DNA of 64,000 nucleotides from Microbotryum violaceum (taxonomy: Eukaryota). The stretch spans positions 1,116,001 through 1,180,000 of the forward strand of contig CDLV01000005.1 of assembly GCA_001244265.2 (NCBI GenBank). Reading direction: 5' to 3'. The translations under genes and the position numbers were made by a program. Every line of letters begins with the position of its first letter. Position 1 is the stretch's first letter. Below are positions 23,836-37,975 of this stretch, piece by piece. Under the pieces are notes generated by a model. The model worked only from the letters and a program-made list of their open reading frames with translations, was not told the origin of the DNA and did no database searches.

Positions 23836-25397
23836 CTATATTTCAATGCTCAATCCTTCTAAACGCGATGCGGCGTCCTCTTCGTCCTCCCTCTTGGGAG
23901 CGACAGTTTGCAGCGAGTCCGACGGATCCGAATCCTGTGCCGTTTCAAATGTGGCGATACTGCTAGCATAAAGGCTTCTTGCGGGTCCAAATCCCGTCGT
24001 CGATGAGGTGGTGGAGAAAATCGATGCCGCCTTCGTCGAAGAAGTCCCCTTCGCCGGCGATCGATGACATGTTTGAGAACTCGCCAATGCCGAGTCTAGA
24101 ATAGCTGTAGACGGTCCACGACCGAGCGGAGCTGCGTTGGGTTGCTTTTTCGACGTCGTCGCGGAAAAGAGGCGAGAAATACCTACTTTGGGCTTGTGGC
24201 CGACAGGGGTCGCAAATATTGACTGGGGCCCGGCTTGGCCAGCTGGAGTGGAAAGATATGGAGATGACTGGTAAGGGGAAGAGGCAGAACTACGGAAACC
24301 TCGGATAGAGGGTGCGGATGGGTTGCTGCGTAGGGAGGATGTGAAAGTCGAGCTTGTGGGCGAAGGATCCTTTGACGTTGGTCTGTGAGGCAGTGACGCG
24401 TGGGTACTGGATCGATTCGAAGAAGCTACGGAAGCCGGCGGGGAGGGCGATGACGGATACCTCGGCGACAGGAATGGAGATGTACCGGTGGCCGCCGAAA
24501 AACAACTTCCAGACTCGATTTGTTCTGATGAGGGACCAGGGAGAGAAAGTTCCGACTCGCTCAACACCACGGACGTCCGAACGCTTTTCTTGTGCTTCGA
24601 AAGAGGTGGATTCCGGAGCGGAAATACGGAGCGCCGAGATGCTGAGTCGGCGGTGGGCGACATCAGAGATCCGATTGTCGAAGGCCAGCTCGAAGCAAAA
24701 GACTGCGACGAGGCAGAAGACCGCCGTACTTTGAGGTCCATGGGTTTGATATCAGCGATAACTTCATAGTCGTCCTCGGGATTGGCGAAACCCGCCTCGG
24801 ACTCCCTTGTATTACGGGCAGACGGTGTCGCGGGTGAGGCGGACGCTATCAAAGATGCTTGACTCTGCTCGTTTGTATCCGTGCTTGCAATCAGAGTATC
24901 GTTCCCGGTACTGTTGTAGTCCCCTGCATGAGGTTGCCCTGCCGAGATGCCCGGGTCGTTTGAGGCACCCCCTGCGGTCGACGAGCTGACAAATGACCGA
25001 GGTCCGAGGGGGAATGTATGTCGTGCACTCCTTTTCTTTATAGGCTGCTTATCAGAGTCTGAATGTGAAGTTCGCCGGGTGGGCCGATTCTGAGCCGAAG
25101 TTAGAGCGATTGCAGCTGAACTCGAGATGAAGTCGAAAGCTTCCGGCTGAAGTGGGGCGGTTAAGGATGAAAAATGAAAACCACGGATGTCGGTCAGCTC
25201 CGAGTCTGCTCCGATCAAAATGAATGAAGACTCACCGATAGGAATGAGGATATCTCTCCCTCAAGTCCTGGTGTGAATGAGGTGTCTTGCCGTGGTGGTA
25301 GTACCTCATCACCAAGGACTGGTGGGACACCACGCTCAAGGGCGCCTTGCAGCCGCAAGTCGATCTGATGCAGCAAGTTGTCGGCCTGCGTTGCCAT
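23836..25397 (-). CDS. Hypothetical Ser/Pro-rich, probably disordered protein
   Basis: ATG 25397; GT-AG intron 25235-25147 joins it in frame to the 460-codon ORF; no recognisable domain. Confidence 0.6.
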
Positions 25398-26330
25398 GGC
25401 GTTGGAAGGTCAGCCGTCTCTTCGGTCGAGAGGGGGTCTATGTCGTCATCAGGAAGCCAGTTCGACAGAGTGAAGCATCGAAGGATGGCTAGGGTTGACT
25501 GCGGACCCTGTCATTAACGAGCTGAGCCGTCGGAGGCCGCTTCGCCCGCCCCGGGAACCCGGTGCCGAGATAGGTCCTAGTCGCGGTAGCTCCGCTGTCA
25601 CGTTGATGGCCGATGATACAAGCACTTGAGAGCCTGGGTTGAGCCGCGAACCTAAAGCCGCTGCTACCGTCCGACTCGCCGAGATTGATCTTGCCGCACT
25701 CGTTGCAGCGGATCGGCCAATTCGGAGCTACGCAACGCGGAGGCTCAATCGGATTTCATTTTGTCCGTATTTAGCTACTGCTCAGAAGATGTGGTCACTT
25801 GCATCTGTTTGGACATATTTTACCTTGGGTTGTGGCTAGGGCCGGGTGTATCGTACCAACAGATGTATCGTGTATCCTGCCCATGTGTGGAGAACCTGGC
25901 AAAACACTTTAGTATCAACATCCAGCTTACACAGTCTTCAGGCCATCTCCCAACTCGGTGGACGAAGTCCTTATCTTTTCCCCTTTTCTGTTGCTCCCGT
26001 GTTCTGTAGCGAGGCTACGTGACCGGCGACTCCAGATCTGACTCCGACAATAAGCCTGTCCCTTGAAACCTATTCTTCCCCAGGGCTTTGTTTTTGTATA
26101 CCATAGTTTCGAGTGCTCGCATCGAGATGCATGCACCACGGATTGGAAACCATCAAGCCCTGTTCCGGAATCCTGCTCCGTGAAGGGCGGGCCCCGGAGC
26201 TGACTGAAGTCTGCTCAAGTTTCATCGAGCATTGGCACAACAGGCCCAGCATGGTTTCACCCTTCAATCGAGCTCTTCTACCTACCACTGCGAATCAGAG
26301 TTGTCCCCCAACCCACCACCCCATCCTCAA

Positions 26331-28297
26331 TTACGGAACCTGAGCATCTTGAACCTGAGGTTTGCCGAGATGGAGGATCTGTTTCGCGCGCTCAACCTCG
26401 GCAGCATCTCCGGTGTTCTGGCACAAATGGACGAATGGTACTTTGGATCAGGGATAATCTTGTCTTCGGTATTCTCCGGCCACACAGATACCACGGCAAT
26501 AAAGATTCGGCTTACCTTTGTCAAATCGTCGGAAATCTTGATGCAGAATTTGTCGTTGATTCGGTACATCTTGATGACCATGTTCAGCGCTTTGCTCTTC
26601 TCGCCTTGCTCTCGCACAGGTCCGGAGCCGTCGTCCTCCGCCGGAGCAATGGGCGACGCCGTCCGGCGAAAGTCTGCACGTCACACTGGTCAGTTTAGGC
26701 TAATGTTGACTGATCCGCGTATTCGGTATGAAATCCTACCATTCGTCAGATTGGTGCCTACTCCGAACGAGCAGCCCACCCCGGCAACGTCAGACGCTTT
26801 CTTCAACTTGAGGCAAGTCGGAACGTCCAAACCATCGGAGAAGACAATGACCTCTGTTTACGGAGCACGCCGATTCGTTCAGTGCCGTCATATCGCTATG
26901 CTGGTGTGAAAATCGAGCGCCCGCACTCACTTGTCTTCGGGTCAGCCCCCACTCTGAGGAAAGCCTCTTTGGCCATCGGAATGAAGTCGAGAGGATCCTG
27001 AGCACAACATTTGCTGTCAATTGTTGTGTCGAGCAGATCAGCCCATAAAGTATCATACACTTCAACTCACCCCTGAGTCTTGTCTCAGCCCCCTCCACGT
27101 CCTTGATCTCTCCGGGTCGGCAACAAAGTCATCGAAGAAAGGTTTGGTCGAGAATGTGTCCGTCAGAGCTACCGATAAAGCCTTGGAGGGATAGCATTCG
27201 TCCCATATTCGCATGGCTAAAGCGTTCGACTTTTCGTAGCCATGGAGCGCGGCGATGCCCATAATCCATTCTGTGCGATTCATGACGCCTCCCCGATGAG
27301 CAGCCAGTCCGTTTTTGGAACGTTCCTACAAGCCAGTCTCGTGCGGGCTCACCATGGGCAATCGTCCCAATCGGCATAAGACCGTACTTCATCGCAAGAA
27401 AAATGTTCGACGTCCCCGATAACTTTCCTCGTCCTTCTCCAGACGCGTACTCTTCGTGCGCGGCCAGGAGTCCTCGGATGATGATCTCTTGGGCTTTGAA
27501 TGAGCGCCGACGACGTGTGCCGAATTCGCTGGTCAAACACCCGCCGAGGAAAAGTCGTCGGCCTTTCTCTTTGGCTTGTTCTGAGGACGAAAGATGGCAA
27601 CCCCTCATCAGTGGAAGACATCAACGATGTTCAAAGTTGTTTGCACTGACCGAATTGGCCCATGTAGTCCCATGCGGTGTCGACCTCGGCGAAGTACACC
27701 TCTGACAGAATCGCCATCACCGGAACCTGATAAGGGGATGATGACACCGCGACGTGAGCTTGGCACTCCCGAATTGAACCGAGGCAAGACCCCAACACCA
27801 AGCCCAAAGTCTTGCTATCGAAAACGAGGACCTTACCTCATACAAAATCGTCGCCGCCCAGCCCCCCTTGATTTCAATCTCGAAACGACCCGATTCGACA
27901 CCCTTTTCATCCGTGTTCTCCACCACGAAATCGACCTTGACTTGCTGATCCGGATCAAACCGGAACTCGGACAGATAGTCGAGGTATTCGGGGGTGAAGT
28001 AGGGGCAGTTCGTTTTGAGCCATTCCGCTTCGGACGAGGTCAGGCGGAGCGTTCTAAGATCTAATTTCGAGCATCGCCGCGGGTAGTGATTCTCAGTCAC
28101 GTTCCGGCAGTACAACAGGTCTGCCCGAGCTCACCCTTGATAGAAACCAAGACTGCATCATGCATACGCCGGGTGAAGGGTGTGCGCCCTCGGTTCGTGA
28201 AGCGGTATTCGACTTGGGCTTGGGGGAAGTGGTGGCGCACCGCATTCTGCAGCGACAGCTTGTACAGGTCCGTGTCGAGGAGGGACTGGATCAACAT
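26331..28297 (-). CDS. NPT1: Nicotinate phosphoribosyltransferase
   Basis: [68 protein letters not shown]; multiple introns; stop TAA at 26331-26333. Confidence 0.96.
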
Positions 28298-28599
28298 GTC
28301 GGAAGGGAGATCCTTTGATTGAAAGACGTCGGTGCGTTGAGTTGAACGCCCGCCGTGGGTAGACAGGCAATGTTTTGGGAGATAGACCGTCGTTCCTATT
28401 GACTCGACAGCGGCTCGGGGAGGGGATTGGCCCGGTCGAGCATGGCACGTGACCAGTCCCAATCAAGGTACGTCACAGGCAGGTACATAATCAAGACCCA
28501 ACATATGCAAAAACATACATGAACCACAACAAAAATCATCCGTCCGAGTAAGAGTAGCGTCTACCACCTCACTACGTACTACCCGTTTTTTTTTCGAGT

Positions 28600-31500
28600 T
28601 CAACCAGCGAGGCTTCCTTTATTCGGCGGACCAGGACACGAATTTGTCAACAACCTCCTCAAGATCCTCGCGCCTTCCTGCGCAATCTCCCACCTCGACG
28701 TCTCGATGTACTCCTGGATCATCTGACACAGATCAAGGACGTTGTTCTTGCCCCGGATCAACAACAAGCTCTCGGGCGAGTCACAGCACAACGAATCGAG
28801 GAAGCGCAGGGCCGAGCCTTTGTAGTCGGCTGTACGGGGACCGGGGCGACCACTCGTTGCTCGTCCGTAGCAGTACAACGTTAAAGTCGCGATGTAGACG
28901 CACCAACGGTGATGTAAACACCCCGCCAGATCCTCCTTGGCGTGCTCGTAGTGCTGCATCGAATCACGCAGGAAGAACGCCGCATGCCACGACGCGGCTC
29001 GGGCATCCTTCGTCGAGGACCACATCCGAATTCGCGCTTCGGTCGCATGGAACACGGCGGTCGAGACGAGTAGACCGAGCGCACTTTCCGCACCGGCGTA
29101 GATTTGCAGCTCGTGGATGTCGATCGAGAGCGTGATGTGCGCCACAGCGTAGAGCGAGATCGAGGCGCGGAGGAGCTGCGTAGTCGGTGCCGTCACTCCA
29201 GCGAGACAGGTGTCGAGGCGACTCTTCCACGAGTTGTACGACGAGGAGACTGCAGAAAGACACATTTCTAGTCGGCTCTATCCTTTCCACTCGCTTCAGG
29301 AGGGTGGGACGTGGAGGTACTCACTCATGTCGCGCCAGTTGTGAGCTCGCTCCGACTGCGACAGCCCAATCACATGATCACGCCACTGAAGATCTTGCGC
29401 GACGCTCAACAATCCATGCAGGATAGCGATCCTGGAGAACGAGTTCAGGACCGGCGGTGAATGTCCAGCCATGAGCGATGCTTTTAGTGCCGAGATGAAT
29501 GGAGCGGGCGCTCGAGCCTGCGCGTGCAGGATGGCCCATTCTTGTGCAGTCGTCGCTTCCCATTCGTCCTCGTCGCAAGGAAGTTGTACTTGAATCTGGA
29601 AAGCTGACAGCGCAGGCGAATGCCGAAAGAGTGAGGCGTCTGCGAAGGTCTTGGAAAGTCAATAAGACGGCATCTACCCTCTGCTCACAGGTGCGACAAG
29701 ACGTACGTTCGACATCCAACGCGAAAATGATAAGCGCCGTCCTCTTGAGCGACTCCTCCTCGATCCAGGCCGCCCATCTCGCCTCGACATCATTCTCCTT
29801 CCCTTTCGGCATCACCGCCGGTGCACGTTGCGAAAAGATAGCACTTCGTCGGCCCAAGGTGACGCATGAGCTCCAAAAGATATGCGCCATTTCATGATGG
29901 AGGCGCGTCGAGCACAGCTTTCCGAATACCGAGATGAGGAGGATCGTTTGGTGCAGCCATAGCTCGGTGCGGGGCTTGAATTCGGCAGAGCAGATGACTT
30001 TGCCGCGGAAGAAGCTGTGCAGCTTTACTGCGAGCTGTTGCGACTCGAGAGGGCCGAAGTAGCACCCAAGTAAGAGCTGAACACGACAAATCGGAGAATG
30101 TCAGTTTTCAACGTGTGGAGGACAGGCCCGAGAGCGATCGACCCACCATCGAGAGCAGAAGCGGTGTCTTGGTCCTGTTCGTCTTGAAGGACGCTCGGTG
30201 AATACCAGGCACTTGCGTTTCGTGGATACGCAGCCAAAAGTCTTCCAAGTACTGCACCATCGCAGCACGAGACATCCTCGGATCGTTGCGCAGTGGCTTA
30301 CCCTCGATCTGAAGATTCACGCCAGAAGAGAAGACGAGTGAACAGAATTCATCACACTAGAAGACTCTGCATATCTGGACGCACCTCCAGATAGTCAATG
30401 ACTTTGAGTCGTGTCCGCTCATCGATGTACGTCGAGCGATCGACATTGCCTCTTGCTGCGGGGTTGCTTGGAGCCGGAAAGGTGGCCGACTCGGAATCGG
30501 ACGTCTGTTCAACGAAAGTGGTTAGTCTCGGTCTCCACTGCACCGCTGCTCGAATAGCAATACTCACAATGGGCATCGGCGAAGGGTCGGTCCGTGGCGA
30601 AGGAACAATAACAGGTGGCGGCGTCGGTTTCACCTCCTCCACCGCGCTCTGTGGAGTCGATTCGGGTGCGTTCTGACGTTGGCCAGGCGAGTTGACCCTA
30701 TTGATCGATTCCCATTCGGTCGCAATACGTCCATACCCTCCATTCTGCACCTGCGCATGCAGACCCAGGCCCCTCGTCACCTCCTGCAAATCCTCGGGAC
30801 TCATGCCCGACCCCGGTGTCCGTCCGGTCCCGTTTGAATTCGACGTCTGACCACCTGGAACCGATCCCGGGCCATTGAAGGCGAGCAGCTCGTGCCCGGG
30901 GCTGACGGGTCGCGATCGGGCAAACTGGATGTCGAAGCCACCGGTGGGATCGAAAAGCCAGCTGTATTCGCTAGCCGAGACGAAGGGTACCCCATACGAC
31001 TGCTGGATAAAGTTGAGGGGCTCTTCGAATCCAGGCATAGAGGATTGTGGGCCTGGCGCATCGCTGTTGAAGCTGTCGAAAAGGGGTGTCGGAGCATCAT
31101 TCGGTACCGCACCGGGGCCGTACACACCGCCGGCCGGATTGGGTGCCCCCTCATTTTGGTGATGGTTGAGTTGATTCGCGGCTGGATGTCCCGAAGGTGG
31201 AGAGAAGGCATTACCAGAGAAGGAGGTGATGGGTGGAGGCGGCACCGGATTCGGATTTGGGTCCGTGAAGGGATTGTAGGCCGGCGGATTGCTTGGACCT
31301 GCCGCTGCCGAGCCCATCGCATGAGACAGCGGACCATACAGATGTTGCTGCAAGTTGAACATGGCACTGTTCCGATGTTCGTGGTGGTTCGGCATGGCGG
31401 ATTCACTGACAGGGGTCAAACCGGCAAGGTGGGGGAACGATCCCGCGCGCCCGGGGGATCTCGTCGATGCCGATGCCGATGCTTGCGGATGGGGAGTCGA

Positions 31501-32410
31501 GCCGGACGAAGCTGCGCCCGGAGAGACGCCATCGACGGAAGCCGACGATGCCGAACCAAAGCTAGGTACCCTGCTGCGCAGAAAAGGTATCTCGGAAGGA
31601 ATGGTCCCGGAGCTCTGTAGTTTTCGGGCCGATGTGACCGAATTGCGCGAGAGGGCTCCTGAAGCGCCGGTCTGACCCTTGCGCTCGTGCCGACCTTCGT
31701 GCCGTATCAGCAGATCATTGCGTACAAAGGTCTTGGGACAGCCTGGCTTAGAGCATTTGTAGATGGTAGCCGGTCTGTGATTGAGCTTGTGACGGTTGAG
31801 GTGATCGGGGCGGGAGAAGGCTGAGAGATCGATCGGTCGAGACGAGGCGAGCCGGCCGTGGATTGAGGAAGGAGTGGGCGGAGATGAGAGAGGCAATTCA
31901 GCAGCTGCACCGACACTAGCTCCAATCCTCTAGCGACCCTGCCGATCACAAGATATGTTGTCGAGCGGGACTTGTAGCGAAGCGAGCTAGCGCTTTGGCT
32001 TTGGCGAGATGGGGCTAGCTCGCCGGACCGGGGAAGCGCGTATCGACGGCCCACACAAACTCACCTTTGCCACAGCCAGGCCAGTCGCATACGTGAGGCT
32101 TGATCTCGGCTGCTTCTATCGGGTCGACGACGCCTGATACGGCTTTGGAGGTGGATGCCTCGCCGGGCGTGGGCATACCCGTGGCGGGGGCGCCCTGACC
32201 GCTGGAACGGCTGAGGCCTGCGGCGTCGTTAGCTTGACGCTGCTTCTTGAGCGCCCTCCGGTGCGGCGACTTATCGTCGTCGTCCTGCGCGTGGTGATGG
32301 CCGTGACGGTGGTGATCGAGCATCCTGTTCATGTTGCCGTTCCCACTTCCACTCCCGACCGACATGGACGAGGAAGCCGAGGCGACTCCTCCATGAGCGA
32401 GGGCCTGCAT
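28600..32410 (-). CDS. C2H2 zinc-finger transcription factor with C-terminal fungal-specific TF (middle homology) domain
   Basis: KPHVCDWPGCGK / FSRPDHLNRHKLNH and YKCSKPGCPKTFVRNDLLIRHEGRH; C-terminal 'YLEDFWLRIHETQVPGIHRASF', 'WAAWIEEESLKR', 'HHRWCVYIATL'. Confidence 0.88.
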
Positions 32411-33653
32411 CGAGGCGGCCGGGGCTGGGGAGCTTCGAACTCGGGCTGTCCCCAGCGTCAGAGCTCCGAGGGGTGCAAGTCACGAGGACAATACGGGCCG
32501 GGGGGTTCAACCCAGGAGAGGATGACGCAGAGAGTGTCGGCGGACCAAAGAAGAGCGTGGACCGAAGGGCAATGGCAAGTAGACCCCAAGCCCAACGGAG
32601 GACGAACCAGGGTGAGGTGCTAGGTCAGAGTGGGTCGGGCAGGTAAAGCTTCACCACCACCAACCTGGGAAGCCTGGCTTGCGTTGCCCCTGCCCGGCGG
32701 CGTGATCGAGCGCTAGCGTTTTCCTGGGGCCAGGCAGAAAAAGGGTGTCTAAAACCAGTGCCCGAGCAGAGCGGTCCTAGCCTAGGACGGACTTGGTTCG
32801 ACACTCTGCAATTTCTTATATAGAGATAGTCATGTTTCCTTGATGATCGTGCGCCGACGTGAAATTCTCATTCCGAAAGCAACTTGACGCGCCGTGTTGC
32901 GGTCGCGGTCGGGATGTGGGGTACTCTGCGCGCTGTGACGGTTGTGGCTGGTGTGGACTTGCCGGCTATGCCGCGCGCTGGCGAGCTGTTGCTGCGGTCG
33001 CACTTGAACCAAACCATCCAGTACGACTCGACCCGACCCCACCGACCCGGCGGTCCACTTTCCCCATCGATCTATAGCACCCATCATCACGTGGACGTGG
33101 TCACTGGAACTGTAATTGTCCACATCTCAAAGAGTGATTGTGAGTTGTTCGATTGGATTGCTCGCTCGGGGATCGACGGGCGATGCGGCCGATGTCGATC
33201 GGTTGCGAAGCTCAGCCGATCCGAGCCACCCTCACCAGCCCTCACCGCATCAAGCGTGTATGCACATTCTCAGAGGAGCCAACGCCCTGGGTGCAGCCAC
33301 CGGCCATGGCGTGCAGCACTCGAGTACCTCGTACCACGTGGGCTCACGGTGTCGTCGTGTAAGATATTCAAAACACTGTCGATGGTGAAGCTGTGTGGGC
33401 ATGCTGATGCATCACCGGCGGCCGTGCTCGTCGCGTCGAGAACGTCGTATCGAGTCTGTCAACGCGCTAGATTCTTGTGGCTGCCTCTGAAATCTCGCAC
33501 TTCAAAGAGAGGTACTCTTACCCCGAGTGCGCCGAACTGATCCCGCTTCCCGTCGCTACAGAAACACCGGATTTCGCTCGATCGGTTCCCAGTCGGACCG
33601 AGGGCCTTTGTTGCCTCGCCCCTTCGGGCATCCTCAACTGTTCCCTCTCCACG

Positions 33654-36600
33654 ATGGCCTCGGAAACAATTCCATCGTCGTTGAAATTGAACACACCATC
33701 GGATACGGCGTCGCTAGCTTCCTCGTCGGCTGCGGCGCCGAGTGACGAGCCGTTTCTTGCCTCCATATCTGGCCCCTCTGCAGCGACCACCACCACCGAT
33801 CTGCCCTCCACCTTCTCGTCGTCCGTCACACCCATGGCGAACCCGCTCTTGGATGATGATGACCAGCACACCCTTTCTGGCTGGGCTAGGACGCTGCAGT
33901 ACTCGCCCCAGATCTTTCCCACCTTGTATTCGTCGTCGCTCGCGCACTCCGATTCAGGTCTCGGCAATTTCGGCCTTGATCTCGGCGACTCTGCCATGAT
34001 GGCCGGACCTTCATCGTTCAAATCGATTGTGGGGTTCGCTGACTCGCCTCTCCTCGGTCCAAGTTCGAGATCGAATATCGGCGATGGACTTGGTTCCCAC
34101 CTACAACCGTCATCGCAACCAAAGAACGCGGCGAATGGATCCATGTTGCCGTCGAGCGACACCTCCATGTCCGACTTTGACTCGTTTGCCTCCTCCTTCA
34201 ATTTCGACAGCTCGCTCTTCAACGCCGTCCAAACACCACAAACGATTGAAGAGATTCACCGATTGTTGAACGAAGTCGCATTGACTACACCCGCGCTGTC
34301 ATCAACGATCGCGAACGGGTTATCGGATCCGATTCTGCAGACCCCGCCTCGACCCAAAGATGACTCAGAGATTCGTGCCTACGCCAAGCTCGAATTTGCG
34401 ACGTCGGATTTCTACATCCAGAAACTCAGCGTGATTGTGGGACGAAGACCTGCTGCTGCGATGGCCACCTCGGCCTCCCTGGCTCCGCTAGGCTTGACTG
34501 GGAATGGCACCAGCATCAAGCTCGAGGACTTTTCTATGGAAGCTGGGGAGACGCAGAGTCTATTGAGGGAAGGCACCGAGGCGGCCAAAGGGGATGCGCT
34601 TGATGGAAAAAATGATGCATCAACATCGGCGACTAGTATTTCCGTCCCACAGATCGAGGTCACATCCAATAGCCCAGGCCCATCGATTGGAGCCTCGCAA
34701 CCACAATTCGCAACCGGTACCGACACCTCGGCCACAGGTCCTGCCTCGACATCCAATCTAAACGGTACCACCCCAATCGAAAGACTAGACTCGAACTTGA
34801 GCGTCAAGAGCACAAAGACGCCCGCCTTGGCGGATATCGATCTCGGACCTATTCGCGCCGTCTCGCGACATCACGCTCGGATTTACTTTAGCGAGAAGAA
34901 GGGGCGTTGGAAAGTTGAGGTGTTGGGGAGGAATGGGGTCCTTGTTGATGGGCAGTGGAAAGGGAAGGGAGAGAGAGCGACGTTGAAGCATCGGTACGCA
35001 CTTCGTGTTGCGAGTCTTCGATCCAGTCTATCAGGCTCATTCTTTCCCGAGCACAGAACCAAGGTCCAGATCGCCGAGCGCGTGTTCCACTTCGTCCTTC
35101 CCGCTGCGGAGATTGCATCCTTCCTCGAAGTCTCGCCCGAAAAGAAGAAGAAAAAGGTCACTTCCAAGAATCGAGCTTCTGGCGAGCGTGCGGGCTCCGA
35201 AGGGGAGAGCGAAGGGCGTTCGTCCTCATCGTTGTCGGACGTCTCGGAAAGCGATATCGAACTCTCGCCGCTCCTCGATATTAAGACTAAACTCGTCGAA
35301 GATGCGACAACATCGAATACATCACCTTCCAAGATCCGACTCACACTCGGTCTCGGTCCTGGTTCGAGGGCGTCGACTCCGGATTCCTCGAAGGGTACAA
35401 CTAGCATGGCACCTCCACCACCTCGGAAACTTACGCCAAGTGCATCTCCGGCGGCAGGCGGTTCGTCACAGCTCACACTAGCCACCGATCTCAACGCTGC
35501 GTTGGGAAACTTGTTGGCTCTACCTCCACTGCCACCTCTGCCTGATCTTCCTACTCTGCCCACGATTCTCGCGCCTTCGGTCCCCGAGCCCTCCAAACCC
35601 GAGCCTTCGAAGCCTGTACCATCGATACTTGCGCCCTCGACATCTGCCACCTCGACACCTGTCTCTATTGCTGCACATGCACCTGTGCCTGTGCTTCCCA
35701 TACATCTCACACCTGTGCCTTCAACATCTGCAGCGACTGGAAGTGGCGCAGGCGGAGGGCTCGGAAAGGGGACCGGGCGGGGCAAAGGAGGCAAAGGAGT
35801 CACAGGAGGTAAAGGCGGCAAGGGTGGAAAAAGCGGCATGGTCAGCATGCATATGGGAAGTGTAGGAGGAAAGGGTAAAGGGATGGGCAAGACCAAGTTT
35901 CCTCATGGACTCGTGCGCGCGGACGCGGGATCGGATTCGAGCTCGGACAGTGATAGCGATGATGATAGTGACGAGGATGACAACACGACTGCGATTGCTG
36001 GGGCGTCGTCGGATGATGAGCGGTCGGGGCTATTGCATGTCGGGAAAGGAGCGGGCAAAATGCCGGTGCCTCGGAAAGCACCGCGAAAGCATGGGAAGAC
36101 GACTACCGAACCTGCGCCCACTGCTCTCAAGCAACTCACGCCTTTGACATCGACTCCTGCACCGATTTCCAATGCTAGCACCGCGAACGCAACTTCTCTC
36201 CCAACCCTCCCGGATCCGTCGTTGTTCGCCTCCCTACCAGATCTACCGGCTCTGCCATCCCTGCCTGGTGAGGTACATAATGCAACGGCGGGAAAGACGC
36301 TTGCGCAATTACCGACACCGACGACCTCGAATGGATCCGCTGCCCCCGTCCGTGTCCCCACACCTACTCCTGCCCCTGCCCCTGCCCCTGCCCCTGCCCC
36401 TTCCTCTGTTCGAACCCCAGCTTTGAACACAAGCGCAGGTCCCGCCACATCACCCGCTGCGGCGGTAGATTCCACATCTGATCCCTCACTCGTCCGCCCG
36501 CCCACAGGAGGCGCGATCGATTCTGCATCCGCGACCGCCAATTCATCAGCTCCCCCACCCCCCTTCGTCCCGAAGCCACCCACCCCAGCTTACGTCGCCG

Positions 36601-37975
36601 CCGCCGCTGACCCCTCCATCCCGACCTCTCGTCTTCCACATACCCCGGCACCGATACTCAAGGCGCCCCCTCGACATGCTCCGTTCCAACCCGCGCCGAT
36701 GCCGGAAGGTGACCCGCCTCACGAGGCGCCAGCTCACGATCGAAACATGAAACCCCCTTACACGTACGGGTCTTTGATCGCGCAAGCCGTTTCAGAGTCG
36801 GAGCACAAGAAAATGACGATGTCGCAGGTTTACGATTGGATTGATCGAAGGTGGCCTTTCTTCAGAGATAATCAGCCTGGGTGGCAGGTTAGTTGGAGTG
36901 GCTCTAACAGTGCTCCACGATTCCCGAATTGCTGACATTGGATTCCAACATTTATCTTTGACAGAATTCTGTGCGCCACAACCTCACTCCAGCGCGTGGA
37001 TTTGTCAAGATCGACCGACGGCCCGACGAGCCCGGCAAAGGTGCTTTCTGGACCGTGGATCCTGCTCAACTGTCCAACTTTGATGGCCTACACTACAGAA
37101 AGAAGAACCTCGGCGGGGCTAGCAGACCCAAGCCTGCGCCACCTCCGGTCATGGGCTCGTTCGCTCCCACGTCAGGTTCGACAACAGCTCCGACAGCGAC
37201 TTCGACCTCCTCAGGTGTCTCTGCGCCGAGCATTTCTGCGCCGAGTACGAACACGGGCTCATCCCTGGCTATAGGCATCAATGCGGGCTCGGCCATCACT
37301 CGGCCTCCACCTCCGAACCCACCTAGCACGGGTCCTGCACTTTCGGTCCCGTTACCCATCGTCGTCGGCCCGATTCCCGAAACCTACGTCCGACCAACAC
37401 CTCCACCGAGCTCAGCTCCTCCCGATGAAATCACCGCCGCTCTGCTCCGAGACCCGCCGATCGTACTGCACGAAGGCAAACTCATCATCAACCCGATCAT
37501 CTTCGCGCACCTCTCCAAGGATCAACTCGCTAATCTCGAGACACTACCCGCGAGCAATGCGCTACAAATCCTTCAGGCTTACGTCGTGCAGCATTTCAAA
37601 GAGAAGATGATGCGCATTGCGGATGAGAAAGCGGCGGCCAAGGCACGGGCTGAGAAAGCGGCGGCGGGAAAACTTGCGGCTGAGAAGCTCGTAGCCGAAG
37701 CTGCAGCTGCGAAGAAGGCGCTCGATACGGCTATTACGAGTCCATCCCCTGCGCCAACGACGACGGAGAAGGTAGGGTCCGCGACACCGGGTTCGAAGGA
37801 TGCTCCGAAGAAACCGACCGCTGCGGCTAATGCGTCGACATCTTCGACCTCCGGTAAAAAGCAGCCTTCGAGCACGACCGCATCAAAGCGAAAGGCAGCC
37901 GACGATGCCTCGTCATCCTCCAATGGGGCTAGCAAAGTTTTGAAGACTGAGGAGGGCCAAACAACGAAGAAGTGA
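33654..37975 (+). CDS. FHL1: FHA + forkhead transcription factor, FHL1-like
   Basis: IRAYAKLEF..FYIQKLSVIVGRR and IDLGPIRAVSRHHARI..VLGRNGVLVDG (FHA, Fhl1-type rather than Fkh1/2-type); KPPYTYGSLIAQA..WQ/NSVRHNLT..GKGAFW (forkhead); introns approx. 34994-35056 and 36888-36964. Confidence 0.85.

Noticed and set aside
27700..27760. TPP riboswitch suggested by GAACCTGAT
   Set aside because: Antisense to NPT1 and simply the reverse complement of a 3' splice site; the other conserved aptamer motifs are absent.
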